DNA of 64,000 bases from Bryobacterales bacterium (lineage in GTDB: Bacteria > Acidobacteriota > Terriglobia > Bryobacterales > Bryobacteraceae). The position numbers and the translations under genes were made by a program. Shown piece by piece: positions 28,338-37,188 of this stretch. The stretch is from the NCBI GenBank assembly GCA_963784025.1, contig CAWAPW010000006.1:269213-333212 (forward strand), written 5' to 3'. The notes below the pieces were generated by a model. The model saw only the letters and a program-made list of their open reading frames with translations, was not told the origin of the DNA and did not search any database. The first letter of the stretch is position 1. Every line of letters starts with the position of its first letter.

Positions 28338-28972
28338 CAGCTCTCCCTGGTCATTTCTCTGCGCTGGGCCAGGATGCTGGAGCCACCCGAGACGCGCTCG
28401 CCAGGTCGTACCTTGATTTCCCATTCGGGGCCTAAGAAAATATCGACCCGGGAGCCGAACTTGATGAGCCCGACGCGCTCGCCCTTGGCGACGGTGTCGC
28501 CCGGCTTCTTGTAGAACACGATGCGGCGCGCGATGAGTCCGGCGATTTGCGCGAAGCGGACGCAGGTGGAATCGCCCGCGCTGCTTCCCACGATGGTCAC
28601 AGTGTTGCGTTCATTTTGGGAGCTGGCCAGTTCGCGGCTGGCCACCAGGAACTGGCCCTTGGTGTATTCGACGTTCGCGATCTTGCCCGCGATGGGCGCG
28701 CGATTGACATGGACGTCGAAAATATTCAGGAAGATGCTGATGCGCGTGGATTCCACGCCGACTCCGTCCCCGATAATCGCCACCACTTTGCCGTCGGCCG
28801 GCGAAACCGCGACGGGGCCATCGGGAATGGTGCGATCCGGGTCGCGAAAGAAGTAGAGGCAGAAGAGCGCCAGCAGGAACAGCGGCGCGGCATAGGCCGG
28901 GTGGATCAAATACCAGATCAGCGCGCCGGCGGCCGCGAGGGCGACGCCGTAGTAGATTCCGTCCTTGACCAT
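28337..28972 (-). CDS. psd: Phosphatidylserine decarboxylase (short form)
   Basis: 211-aa intact ORF. N-terminal TM segments and the self-cleavage region ...GERVGLIKFGSRVDIFL. Confidence 0.85.
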   Translation of the reverse strand: MVKDGIYYGVALAAAGALIWYLIHPAYAAPLFLLALFCLYFFRDPDRTIPDGPVAVSPADGKVVAIIGDGVGVESTRISIFLNIFDVHVNRAPIAGKIANVEYTKGQFLVASRELASSQNERNTVTIVGSSAGDSTCVRFAQIAGLIARRIVFYKKPGDTVAKGERVGLIKFGSRVDIFLGPEWEIKVRPGERVSGGSSILAQRREMTRES

Positions 28973-29077
28973 CGTCTAACACTATTGTAGCGGCGGAGGG
29001 GTTGGAAACTCAGCAGTTGAATGTTTACGATTTGATGTCAGCCATCATCGCGGCGCGGAAGGCGATGTATAGTCGGC

Positions 29078-29641
29078 TTGCCTATGCTGGATTCCAATCT
29101 ACTTGTTGCGGAGCTTGCTGACGAAATGCGGTTGTGCAGCCTCGCCAACTGCAGCAACCCGCAGTTTACCGCGAGGCTTAAGGAGCGTTCGTCTGATTTC
29201 TGTCGTCGAAGTGGAGTTCGAGATCCTGATATCCTTTACACGAGATCCGCCAACGAGGAATCCTCCGAACGCAAACACGAGTTCTTGGTAGATTTCTGTG
29301 CTTTCGCCCAGGAACGAATGGTGCTTGCGCTTGAGAGCGAGTGGGTCCCGAGGGCGGACAACATCTTCTTTGATTTTCGAAAACTTCTACACCTCAAGAC
29401 GCCGCTTAAGGTCATGGTCTGTGACTCGCCGACTTTTGTCAGTGATGAGTTGGCTAGCGTGGCGAAATTTCTCGCCGCATACCCCGATCACCGAATTGGC
29501 GAAGAGTACATTATTTTCAACTACCGCGGAGGCCAAGCGACCATACATTGCCACCGGTGGAAACCCGGACGAGATGGCGCCGTGAAACTCGAAGAGGTGA
29601 GACTCGCGTTGGTGGAAGGTTTTCCGAAATCAACCAGATGA
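29078..29641 (+). CDS. Hypothetical protein in a lower-GC islet (possible PD-(D/E)xK-like core, speculative)
   Basis: 187-aa ORF (TTG at 29078 or ATG at 29084). HEFLVDFCAF...MVLALESEWV...IFFDFRKLLHLKTPLKVMV. No family recognised. G+C is visibly lower than the flanks. Confidence 0.4.
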   Translation: MPMLDSNLLVAELADEMRLCSLANCSNPQFTARLKERSSDFCRRSGVRDPDILYTRSANEESSERKHEFLVDFCAFAQERMVLALESEWVPRADNIFFDFRKLLHLKTPLKVMVCDSPTFVSDELASVAKFLAAYPDHRIGEEYIIFNYRGGQATIHCHRWKPGRDGAVKLEEVRLALVEGFPKSTR

Positions 29642-29704
29642 CTGAGCCTGGCGCGCCACGGGTCACCGACATCGCAATCGTTGTCACATAAAGGACAATG
29701 AAGC

Positions 29705-29902
29705 ATGAGCGGGATTCAATTTGTCACCGACGAGAAGGGCCGCAAAGTGGCCGTCCTGATCGACCTGAAGAAGCACGGGGCGGCTTTGGAAGACTTCTGG
29801 GACGGTCTCATTTCTGAGTCGCGCCGGAACGAGAAGGGCATCCCTTATGAGCAATATCGCGCGAAGCGCCTAAAACGCGCACCTGCCCGTACGCGTGGAT
29901 AA
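29705..29902 (+). CDS. Type II antitoxin partnered with a RelE/ParE toxin
   Basis: 65-aa ORF MSGIQFVTDEKGRKVAVLIDLKKHGAALEDFWDGL.... It overlaps the downstream toxin start by 8 nt. Confidence 0.6.
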   Translation: MSGIQFVTDEKGRKVAVLIDLKKHGAALEDFWDGLISESRRNEKGIPYEQYRAKRLKRAPARTRG

Positions 29903-30153
29903 GTACTCGATTGAGCTCAAGCCCTCCGCGGAGAAGGAACTGGATGCGCTCGACCATACGCTATTCAGGCGAATAGACGCGAAGATCCTGGCGCTGGCGG
30001 AAAATCCGCGGCCTAAGGGATGCCAGAAGCTCAAAGGCTACAAAGACCACTGGCGTATCCGCGTAGGCGATACCGCATCGTTTACGCGATCAACGATACG
30101 GCCAGGATCGTTGAAGTGAGGCGGGTTGCGCACCGCCGGAGCGTTTACGACTA
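29895..30153 (+). pseudogene. RelE/ParE-family toxin, one frameshift as sequenced
   Basis: GTG start. YSIELKPSAEKELDALDHTLFRRIDAKILALAENPRPKGCQKLKGYKDHWRIRVGD, then a shift (missing T near 30070) to YRIVYAINDTARIVEVRRVAHRRSVYD*. Confidence 0.75.
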
Positions 30154-30231
30154 GGTTGAGCGGTATCATTTTTATCACCTCTTGAAACTTGCCGCTCACA
30201 CCGGCGTCCACCATTGGACGGTTAACCACAC

Positions 30232-30501
30232 ATGCCCTGCCTATTCCTGATCGTGATCCTTGCGTTCCCGCGCTTGGCGATAGCGCTCCTGTTCCTGTTC
30301 ACGCATTACCTGGACCGGGCCTTCCAAAGCATCCTGCTCCTGATCCTGGGCTTCATCTTCCTGCCGTTCACCACCCTGGTCTATGCGTGGCTGGTCAATA
30401 GCCACTTGCCGATAGCAGGCATCAACCTGCTGTGGCTCCTGATTGCCGCGCTGGTGGATTTGGGATCGGTCGGGCATGGGTATACCCGGCGGCGGGCGTA
30501 G
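30232..30501 (+). CDS. Small hydrophobic membrane protein
   Basis: 89-aa ORF with three hydrophobic segments. No family recognised. Confidence 0.4.
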   Translation: MPCLFLIVILAFPRLAIALLFLFTHYLDRAFQSILLLILGFIFLPFTTLVYAWLVNSHLPIAGINLLWLLIAALVDLGSVGHGYTRRRA

Positions 30502-30693
30502 CTTTCCTGCAGCTGGATTTCCCTGGCCTTGACACACGCTTGACATGCTATACTGGGAACTCATTTGGAGTTCTTAATCCTGCTAAGTTATTGATTTTAA
30601 AGTACTAACCTGTTAGAAGCGTCTGATTCTCTTAGTTTTCAAAGACTTCCAAGAAGAGCGGTTTTCAACAGAAAACCCACAGGGAGGATACCC

Positions 30694-31176
30694 ATGAAAG
30701 ATTTCCTATTGGTCGCCGGATTGTTGGCAGCGCCCGCAACCGTGAGCGTCCAGCAGTACGCGGCATCGCCGGAGGTGAAGCAGAACGACCCCAGACTATC
30801 GCGGTTGCAGAAGTACTTCGGAGATCGCGATTGCCCGCTACGCGACGCGGCCAAGGATTTTCTGATGGCGGCCGACCAGAATCAGCTGGACTGGCGCCTG
30901 TTGCCCAGCATTTCGATCATCGAATCGAGCGGGGGTAAGGACTACATCAACAACAACGTCTTTGGCTGGGGTTCGGCGAAGGAGAAGTTTCCGTCGGTTC
31001 GAGCCGGAATTCATTACGTCGCGGCACAGCTTGGAAGATCAAGAAGATACAGGGGCAAGAACATCGACGGCAAGCTGCAGATGTATAACCCTCTGCCGGA
31101 ATACTCCGAGCGGGTGAAGGCGGTGATGCGGGCCATCGGATCCTGCGCCCAACCGCGAGTGTTGGCTGCCGATTGA
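30694..31176 (+). CDS. Secreted protein with a glucosaminidase (GH73/FlgJ-C)-like motif
   Basis: Signal peptide MKDFLLVAGLLAAPATVSV. SISIIESSGGKDYINNNVFGWG resembles the ALESGWGKS...NNLFGIK muramidase motif. An AT-rich upstream region carries a GGGAGGA SD. Confidence 0.45.
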   Translation: MKDFLLVAGLLAAPATVSVQQYAASPEVKQNDPRLSRLQKYFGDRDCPLRDAAKDFLMAADQNQLDWRLLPSISIIESSGGKDYINNNVFGWGSAKEKFPSVRAGIHYVAAQLGRSRRYRGKNIDGKLQMYNPLPEYSERVKAVMRAIGSCAQPRVLAAD

Positions 31177-31231
31177 TCGGGGCAAAGCACTCCTCTTGGC
31201 GCCGCGGATCGGTAACGGACGGTCTGCCGAC

Positions 31232-31384
31232 TTAGCTGCCCTGCATCATGTGGACACCCCAGTAAAGGGCGCCGAAGACAATCAGCGCAATCCCAATCCC
31301 CAAAACCCAGCGGATGATCCGCTCCGTGCTGGATGTGCTTTTGTGGGCGTCCAGCTTCAATTGCTCGTCGAGGCTTTCAAACAT
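31232..31384 (-). CDS. 50-aa single-TM protein (below the ORF-track length cutoff)
   Basis: GGGAGG SD lies 6 nt upstream of the ATG at 31384. MFESLDEQLKLDAHKSTSSTERIIRWVLGIGIALIVFGALYWGVHMMQGS*. Sits downstream of, and on the same strand as, the NtrC-type regulator. Confidence 0.5.
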   Translation of the reverse strand: MFESLDEQLKLDAHKSTSSTERIIRWVLGIGIALIVFGALYWGVHMMQGS

Positions 31385-31433
31385 AGACAACCTCCCTGGG
31401 AGTCCCGTATTTTTTGACTCCGGCCGGGTTTTA

Positions 31434-31466
31434 CATGAGTCCGGCCAGCTTTAACATGAGTCCGGT
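31434..31466. promoter_or_regulatory. Two 12-bp direct repeats (ACATGAGTCCGG) spaced 21 bp start to start
   Basis: Copies at 31434-31445 and 31455-31466, each preceded by TTT(A)A. They lie 50-80 nt upstream of the small minus-strand gene. Possible regulator binding sites. Confidence 0.3.
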
Positions 31467-31563
31467 ATGATCACGAGCCTGAGCAATTATATGCTCGAAC
31501 CCGCCGAAATGACAGGTTATTCGTCGGCTTGTTTTGAGTGGTTTGACTGAAGATAACGAATCG

Positions 31564-32881
31564 TTACAATGCCATGCGTTCGAGTTTTCGGTAAAGTGTC
31601 TTACGCTCGATCCCCAGAATCTTAGCGGCGCGGCTCTTGTTGCCGCCCGTGGCCGCCAGCACCCGCCGGATCTGATCGGCTTCGGTGTCGGCCAGCGTCT
31701 CGCTCGCGGTGTCGCGAGGTTCGGTGAGCTCGATGGCTTCGCGCACCGCCGCGTCGTCGATGCGCCCCTGCGGGGTCACAATAGTCAGCCGTTCGATCAT
31801 GTGCTGCAGTTGGCGCACGTTGCCCGGCCAGCTATAGTCTTCCAGCGCCCGCAGCGCGGACTCGGTAAGGCGGGCCTGCTGATGGTAGCGCTCGTTGTAT
31901 TTCTTCAGGAAATAATGCGCCAGCAGCGGGACATCGCCGCGCCGTTCCACCAGCGGCGGAAGAATGACGCGCACCACGTTGAGCCGATACCACAGGTCGT
32001 CGCGAAACTTGCCCTGCTCCACCATCTTCTGCAGATCGCGATTGGTGGCCGCCACCACGCGCACGTCCACTTTTTTTCCGCGCGGCGACCCAACCGGACG
32101 AATCTCTTTTTCCTGCAGGAATCGCAGCAAACTGAGCTGGAAGCCCAGTTCCAGCTCGCCGATCTCATCCAGGAAGACAGTGCCGTTGTTGGCGGCTTCG
32201 AAGACGCCGATGCGATCGCGATCGGCGCCGGTGTACGCACCCTTTACCGCGCCGAACAGCTCGCTTTCCAGAAGCGACTTGGCGATGGATCCGCAGTCCA
32301 CGGGAACGAACGGCTGATTCACGCGCGGGCTGTGGTTGTGAACCATGCGCGCGATCATTTCCTTGCCGGTGCCGGTTTCGCCTTCCAGCAGCACGGTGGC
32401 GTTGGTGGGCGCCACCAGTGAGACGGTCTTATAAATATCGATCATGCTGGGAGAGCTGCCGATCATTTCGCTCTCCGGCAGATCCTCCGATCTCGGTATC
32501 CTTGTCGTCCGGATGCTGGTCCACCGAAGCCTCGGCGCGCTTCACGGTGTCCAGCATGCGATCCAGCTCAAAAGGTTTGGCGATATAATCGAACGCGCCG
32601 CCCTGCGTGGCCTTCATCACCGTTTCGATGGTCCCGCGCGCGGTCATCAGAATCACGGCGCAGTTGGGATTCTTCTTGCGGGCCGTTTCCAGCACATCCA
32701 GGCCGGTGCGCTCGTCGACATAGATGTCCGAGATGACGATGGGGTAGGCGTCGTCGCGCAAGCGTTCCAGGGCTTCGCGGGTGGAGGATACGGCGTCGAC
32801 GCTATAGCCTTCCAATTCCAGAAAAGTCTGGATGGTATTGCGAACGGAATTATCGTCTTCAACTACAAGTAGTCTTTGCAC
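31564..32881 (-). pseudogene. NtrC-family sigma-54-dependent response regulator, one frameshift as sequenced
   Basis: GTG at 32881. REC (RLLVVEDDNSVRN...VISDIYVDERTG...), shift (~32484-32490, extra G), then EDLPESEMIGSSPSMIDIY...LLEGETGTGKE...GAFTGA-type AAA+ core (GAVKGAYTGA) and a C-terminal Fis-type HTH (NKSRAAKILGIERKTLYRKL). Confidence 0.85.
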
Positions 32882-32897
32882 GTTTTCGCCCTTATTA

Positions 32898-34757
32898 TTA
32901 GACTGACACAGCCGGAGACCGCGGCGTGCGGGAGCGCGCGGCAAATACCACCGTAAAGCAGGAGCCTTGTCCGGGTTGGCTGGTCACTTCTATCTTACCG
33001 CCATGGTGCTGTACGATTTGCTCGACGATGGAAAGGCCGATGCCGGTTCCCGCTTCGCCGGACGCTTCGGCGCGCTTGGTGCGGTAAAACTTCTGGAAGA
33101 TCTGCCGCAGCTCTTTGGCGTCCATCCCGATGCCTTGGTCCTGCACGGAGAGCCGCAATTGGGACCCTTGCAGCCGGCACGCCACGGTGATTTGGGTGTC
33201 CACCGGCGAATATTTCACCGCGTTGGTGAGCAGATTGTAGAGGGCGTATTCCATCAGTTCGCGATCGCCTTCCAGGTTTCCATCCAGCGCTTCTGTGACA
33301 ATTTGAATGTTCTTGCGCTCGGCCAGAGGGCGCGCGCGGGCGATGCAGGCTTCTACAATCTCGCGGACTTCGAACGCCTCGCCCTTCAGCTCGATCTGTC
33401 CATCCGAGAGACGTTCCACATCCAGGAAAGTTTGGATCATGCGCGCCAGCCGCTTGGACTCCTGGTTGATCATCTCGGCGATCTGTTTGCGTTTCTCTTC
33501 GCTCAGGTTGTAGCGGCCCATCAGCTCGCTCGATCCCTGAATGGCCGTGAGCGGCGTGCGCATCTCGTGCGTGACGAAATGGATGGCCTGCTGGTAGTGC
33601 TGGCGGTCGGTTTCCGCCACGCGCAGCGCGCGTCGTACGACAAAGTGCTGATAGCTGGCGGCTGCAATGGCAGTGAGCCACGCCGAGGCGAACGGGGCGA
33701 TGAACGGAAGCACAATGCCGTGCTGGAAGAATACAAACGGCGTGGCTGGAGCCGCGATCAGCAAAACTCCAGCGGCCGTATAGGCTGGCCAGCCGGATAG
33801 AAACGCGAAGATCAGTCCGGCGAAAATGCCAACCGCGAGGCAGAAGGCCAGCACTGCGATGTTGGAGGCGTCCGTCAGGAATTCGCCGCGCTCCAGGGTT
33901 TCAAAAAGCTGCGCGTGAACCTCCACGCCGGGGATGCGGCCTTGGCCATAGGGCGTCGCGACGCGGTCATAAGTGGCCGAAATGGAAGTGACGCCGATGA
34001 ACACCACCTGTCCGTTGAAGCGGGCGGCCAATTCAGGATTCCCGGCCAAGTCCTTCAGGGACACGCTGGGGATCGGCTCGCGCGTGTACAAGACGCGCAG
34101 CGGGCGGCTAATAGCGCCGGATCGCGCGGCCGGAATTACTTCGTCGCCAATTTGCAGATCGGCCGGGGACTCCAGTATCCGCGCGCCTTTGGCCAGCCGA
34201 AAAGCTTCCAGGGCCAGCGACCAGTGGCGCTCCGTGGCGGTGCGTTCTTCCAGGGGAATTTCGCGCGTCACACCGTCGGCCGACAGCTCGTCGGCGCCGT
34301 CGTGACCGATGGCGGCGGCATGTTGGCGGAAGACTGCCAGCGGATCTTCCCAGCGGCCGTTGTCCAAGTGAGTAGCCAGAACAAGGTTCGGGATGGCCTG
34401 CATGGCACGGTCCAGGCGCTGGTCTTCGGCCGGATCCTTCCAGGGATCCGACAGAACCACGTCCAGCGCAACCGCTTTCGGATTGGCGCGCTTCACCAAT
34501 TCGAACGCCTGGGTCCACATGCTGCGGTAGCCGCCCACGCCGCCCATCGACTTGAAGGTGGCGTCGTCGATGGCCAGGATGATCGAGTGCGGCTGCGCGG
34601 CGGACGCCGGTGGATGCAGGCGGAACATCACGTCGTAAGTGTCGTTGTCGATCTGCGCGGCGAGCGACGTCCATCCCACCGCGATCGCGAACGCGAGCGT
34701 CACGGCCAGAATGGCAACGTAGCCGAGCGTCCGTTTACTTGGAGACCGCTTTTTCAA
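32898..34757 (-). CDS. CHASE2-domain sensor histidine kinase
   Basis: 619-aa intact ORF. N-terminal TM plus CHASE2-like periplasmic region (IILAIDDATFKSMGG...AVALDVVLSD), three TM segments, HisKA (FVTHEMRTPLTAIQGSSELM) and HATPase (DQGIGM...GTGIGLS). Confidence 0.85.
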   Translation of the reverse strand: MKKRSPSKRTLGYVAILAVTLAFAIAVGWTSLAAQIDNDTYDVMFRLHPPASAAQPHSIILAIDDATFKSMGGVGGYRSMWTQAFELVKRANPKAVALDVVLSDPWKDPAEDQRLDRAMQAIPNLVLATHLDNGRWEDPLAVFRQHAAAIGHDGADELSADGVTREIPLEERTATERHWSLALEAFRLAKGARILESPADLQIGDEVIPAARSGAISRPLRVLYTREPIPSVSLKDLAGNPELAARFNGQVVFIGVTSISATYDRVATPYGQGRIPGVEVHAQLFETLERGEFLTDASNIAVLAFCLAVGIFAGLIFAFLSGWPAYTAAGVLLIAAPATPFVFFQHGIVLPFIAPFASAWLTAIAAASYQHFVVRRALRVAETDRQHYQQAIHFVTHEMRTPLTAIQGSSELMGRYNLSEEKRKQIAEMINQESKRLARMIQTFLDVERLSDGQIELKGEAFEVREIVEACIARARPLAERKNIQIVTEALDGNLEGDRELMEYALYNLLTNAVKYSPVDTQITVACRLQGSQLRLSVQDQGIGMDAKELRQIFQKFYRTKRAEASGEAGTGIGLSIVEQIVQHHGGKIEVTSQPGQGSCFTVVFAARSRTPRSPAVSV

Positions 34758-36324
34758 TCTCGTCCGGCTCCTTGGGCAGCGCCGCGCTCAGCACCTTCGC
34801 GCCGTTCGCCGTCACCAGCACGACGTCTTCGATGCGAACGCCGAGATGTTCTTCCGGGATGTAGACGCCGGGCTCGATGGTGATCACCATGCCGGCTTCG
34901 AGCGGGCCATCGGCGGGCGGGTCATGCACCTGCAATCCCACCTGATGCCCGATGTCGTGCGTGAAATACTTTCCCAGCGGCTCGCCATGCAGGTCTTTTC
35001 CGTGAGCGTCCATGTAATCGCGCGCGATTTTAGTGAGCGATGGGCCCGCGCCGGAAAGGCCGGAATCAGCCAGCAAAGCCCCAGGCTTCACGGCGGCGAT
35101 GGCGGCCTTCTGAGCGCCCAGCACAACCTGATAGATCTCGCGCTGGCGCGGGGTGAATTTGCCGCCCACCGGGACCGTGCGCGTGATATCGCTCGCGTAC
35201 ATGCCGCATTGCGCGGCCGCATCCACGACCACCAGCTCGCCGCGATCCATCCGCCGCCGGTTCGACATGTAGTGCAGGATGGCGCCGTTCGGGCCGGAGC
35301 CGACGATGGGCGAATAGGCCGGCCCCTCGCAGCCCGCATCGAGAAAGGCGCTGAGGAGCGTAGCCGCGATCTGGTATTCGTACTGTCCGGCAGCCAGCCG
35401 CTTCCACGCCTCGCGATGGGCTTCCATGCTGACGTCGGTGGAGTGTTGGATGGCTGCGATCTCGCCCTCCGATTTGGTGACGCGCAGTTTCGCGATCAGC
35501 GGCGTGGCGTCAGCGACGTCGCGGAATGGATAGCGCGCGCGCAGCTGCCCGGCATAAGCTTCCATCCACGGCGCATAAATGCGCGAATGGGAACGGAGTG
35601 CCAGATCCAGCTCCGATTCCAGCTTTTCGATCGGCAGGACCTTTTCGAAACCGGTGAGCGCGTGTGCATCGGCGTCCTCGGCCGAGGTGCGGCGGCCGGA
35701 ATATTTCTCCGCGCGTTCATTATGGGACGGAAGGAACAGGATCTCATCCGTCGGGGTTAGCATCAGCACCGCGCCAGGCTCAGACCAACCGGTCAAGTAA
35801 TAGAAATTGGGTTCCTGCTCGAACCGGACGATTGGATCATAGGCTTCAGCGCGTCCTTTGAGCAAGAGCACGCCGCCGTCCAGCGATTGACGCAGGGCAG
35901 CCCGGCGCGCGTGAAAGTCGTCCGCGGGAGCCTTCGCCGCAAGCGACACCGCAAGGCTGAGGAATAGAGCGAAGGTTACCGAGCCGCGCGCGTCAGCAAG
36001 CGGTTTCGTCGCAATAACTGAGCCGCGCGCGTCAGCAAGCGGTTTCGTCGCAATAACTGAGCCGCGCGCGTCAGCAAGCGGTTTCGTCGCAATAACTGAG
36101 CCGCGCGCCAGCAGCACGCCCGGAGACGACGGGAAGTCCTGCACTGGAGAACATCGACTCGAAGAAAACCGGACGGGTGGCGCGTCAGCAAGCGGTTTCG
36201 TTGCTTCACTGGAAACCGACTCCCTGACGGTCGCGGCTCGGTAACGCGCTACCGGCGGTTTCGTCGCGTTTAGCAAGACGGACGCGCGAGCAGCCGGTAT
36301 CCGCACCTGGAATCTCCGAATCAA
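34735..36324 (-). CDS. Xaa-Pro aminopeptidase (M24B); true start uncertain because the 5' ~115 codons are REP-A sequence
   Basis: M24 motifs HDIGHQVGLQVHD, GMVITIEPGVY and GVRIEDVVLVT. A signal-like FALFLSLAVSLAAKA is preceded in frame by ARGSVIATKPLAD repeated three times and other REP-derived codons. No canonical start lies between the repeats and the signal peptide. Confidence 0.75.
   Translation of the reverse strand: MIRRFQVRIPAARASVLLNATKPPVARYRAATVRESVSSEATKPLADAPPVRFSSSRCSPVQDFPSSPGVLLARGSVIATKPLADARGSVIATKPLADARGSVIATKPLADARGSVTFALFLSLAVSLAAKAPADDFHARRAALRQSLDGGVLLLKGRAEAYDPIVRFEQEPNFYYLTGWSEPGAVLMLTPTDEILFLPSHNERAEKYSGRRTSAEDADAHALTGFEKVLPIEKLESELDLALRSHSRIYAPWMEAYAGQLRARYPFRDVADATPLIAKLRVTKSEGEIAAIQHSTDVSMEAHREAWKRLAAGQYEYQIAATLLSAFLDAGCEGPAYSPIVGSGPNGAILHYMSNRRRMDRGELVVVDAAAQCGMYASDITRTVPVGGKFTPRQREIYQVVLGAQKAAIAAVKPGALLADSGLSGAGPSLTKIARDYMDAHGKDLHGEPLGKYFTHDIGHQVGLQVHDPPADGPLEAGMVITIEPGVYIPEEHLGVRIEDVVLVTANGAKVLSAALPKEPDEIEKAVSK
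35981..36110. repeat. Tandem array of 3.3 copies of a 39-bp REP-A-derived unit
   Basis: GAGCCGCGCGCGTCAGCAAGCGGTTTCGTCGCAATAACT starts at 35981, 36020 and 36059, with a partial copy at 36098. Copies are contiguous with no spacers. Confidence 0.9.
36098..36275. repeat. REP-A long variant plus a further REP-A unit (reverse orientation)
   Basis: The reverse complement of 36105-36200 matches 6708-6815. 36215-36250 carries ACCGACTCCCTGACGGTCGCGGCTCGGTAACGCG. Confidence 0.7.
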
Positions 36325-36365
36325 ATGCCAATTCTCTCATCAAAATCCAAGCTCGGGGCGATACG

Positions 36366-37172
36366 GTGGGTATGGACCTCGGGAAACACTGCATCGTACC
36401 GCCCGGCGGCAAGCTACGCCTCAAGCACCGGGACCCGGACGATACGTTCGGAAGAACGCGCGACGACAAAGCGCACCAAAAAACGCTGGACCGGCTGCGC
36501 GAGCTGCAGCATCTGCTCTACGCCGACAAGCGCTATTCGCTCCTGATCGTCCTGCAGGGGCTGGACGCGGCCGGCAAGGACGGAACCATACGGCACGTCA
36601 TGTCCGGCGTGAATCCTCAGGGCTGCGATGTGACGTCGTTCAAAGCGCCGTCCACAGAAGAGCTGGCGCGCGATTTCTTATGGCGCGTCCATAAGGCGGT
36701 TCCGCCCCGCGGCAATATCGGGATCTTCAACCGGTCCCACTACGAAGACGTGCTGATAGTGCGGGTGCACCAGCTGGTTGCGAAATCCGTGTGGCGCAGC
36801 CGCTACCGTCAGATCAACGATCTGGAGCGCATGCTGACGGAAAATGGCGTGACCATTCTGAAATTCTTTCTGCACATCAGCCGCGAGGAGCAAAAGAAAC
36901 GGTTCGAGGCGCGCATTCACGATTCTTCGCGAAACTGGAAACTCTCGCTACCCGATTTTGAGGAGCGCCAGCATTGGGACAACTACACGCAGGCGTACGA
37001 AGAAGCTTTGCACAATTGCAGCACGAAGGAAGCGCCGTGGTATGTGATTCCGGCCAATAGAAAATGGTTCCGGAATTACCTGGTGGCCGAGTTGGTGGTG
37101 CGAGCGCTCGACAACATGCGGTTAAAGTATCCCGCGCCATCCGTCGATATCTCCCAGGTAGTACTGGATTGA
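36366..37172 (+). CDS. ppk2: Polyphosphate kinase 2 family protein
   Basis: 268-aa intact ORF. LLIVLQGLDAAGKDGTIRHVMSGVNPQG (Walker A-like), FLWRVHKAVPPRGNIGIFNRSHYEDV. Confidence 0.85.
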   Translation: MGMDLGKHCIVPPGGKLRLKHRDPDDTFGRTRDDKAHQKTLDRLRELQHLLYADKRYSLLIVLQGLDAAGKDGTIRHVMSGVNPQGCDVTSFKAPSTEELARDFLWRVHKAVPPRGNIGIFNRSHYEDVLIVRVHQLVAKSVWRSRYRQINDLERMLTENGVTILKFFLHISREEQKKRFEARIHDSSRNWKLSLPDFEERQHWDNYTQAYEEALHNCSTKEAPWYVIPANRKWFRNYLVAELVVRALDNMRLKYPAPSVDISQVVLD

Positions 37173-37188
37173 ACGGGGGCCGGTTGGA

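Noticed and set aside
35981-36110. A regular 39-bp repeat array that could be mistaken for a CRISPR array, which seemed tempting given the Cas6-like gene 11 kb away.
   Set aside because: The units are directly contiguous with no spacers. There are only 3.3 copies. The unit is a piece of the dispersed REP-A element found at four other loci.
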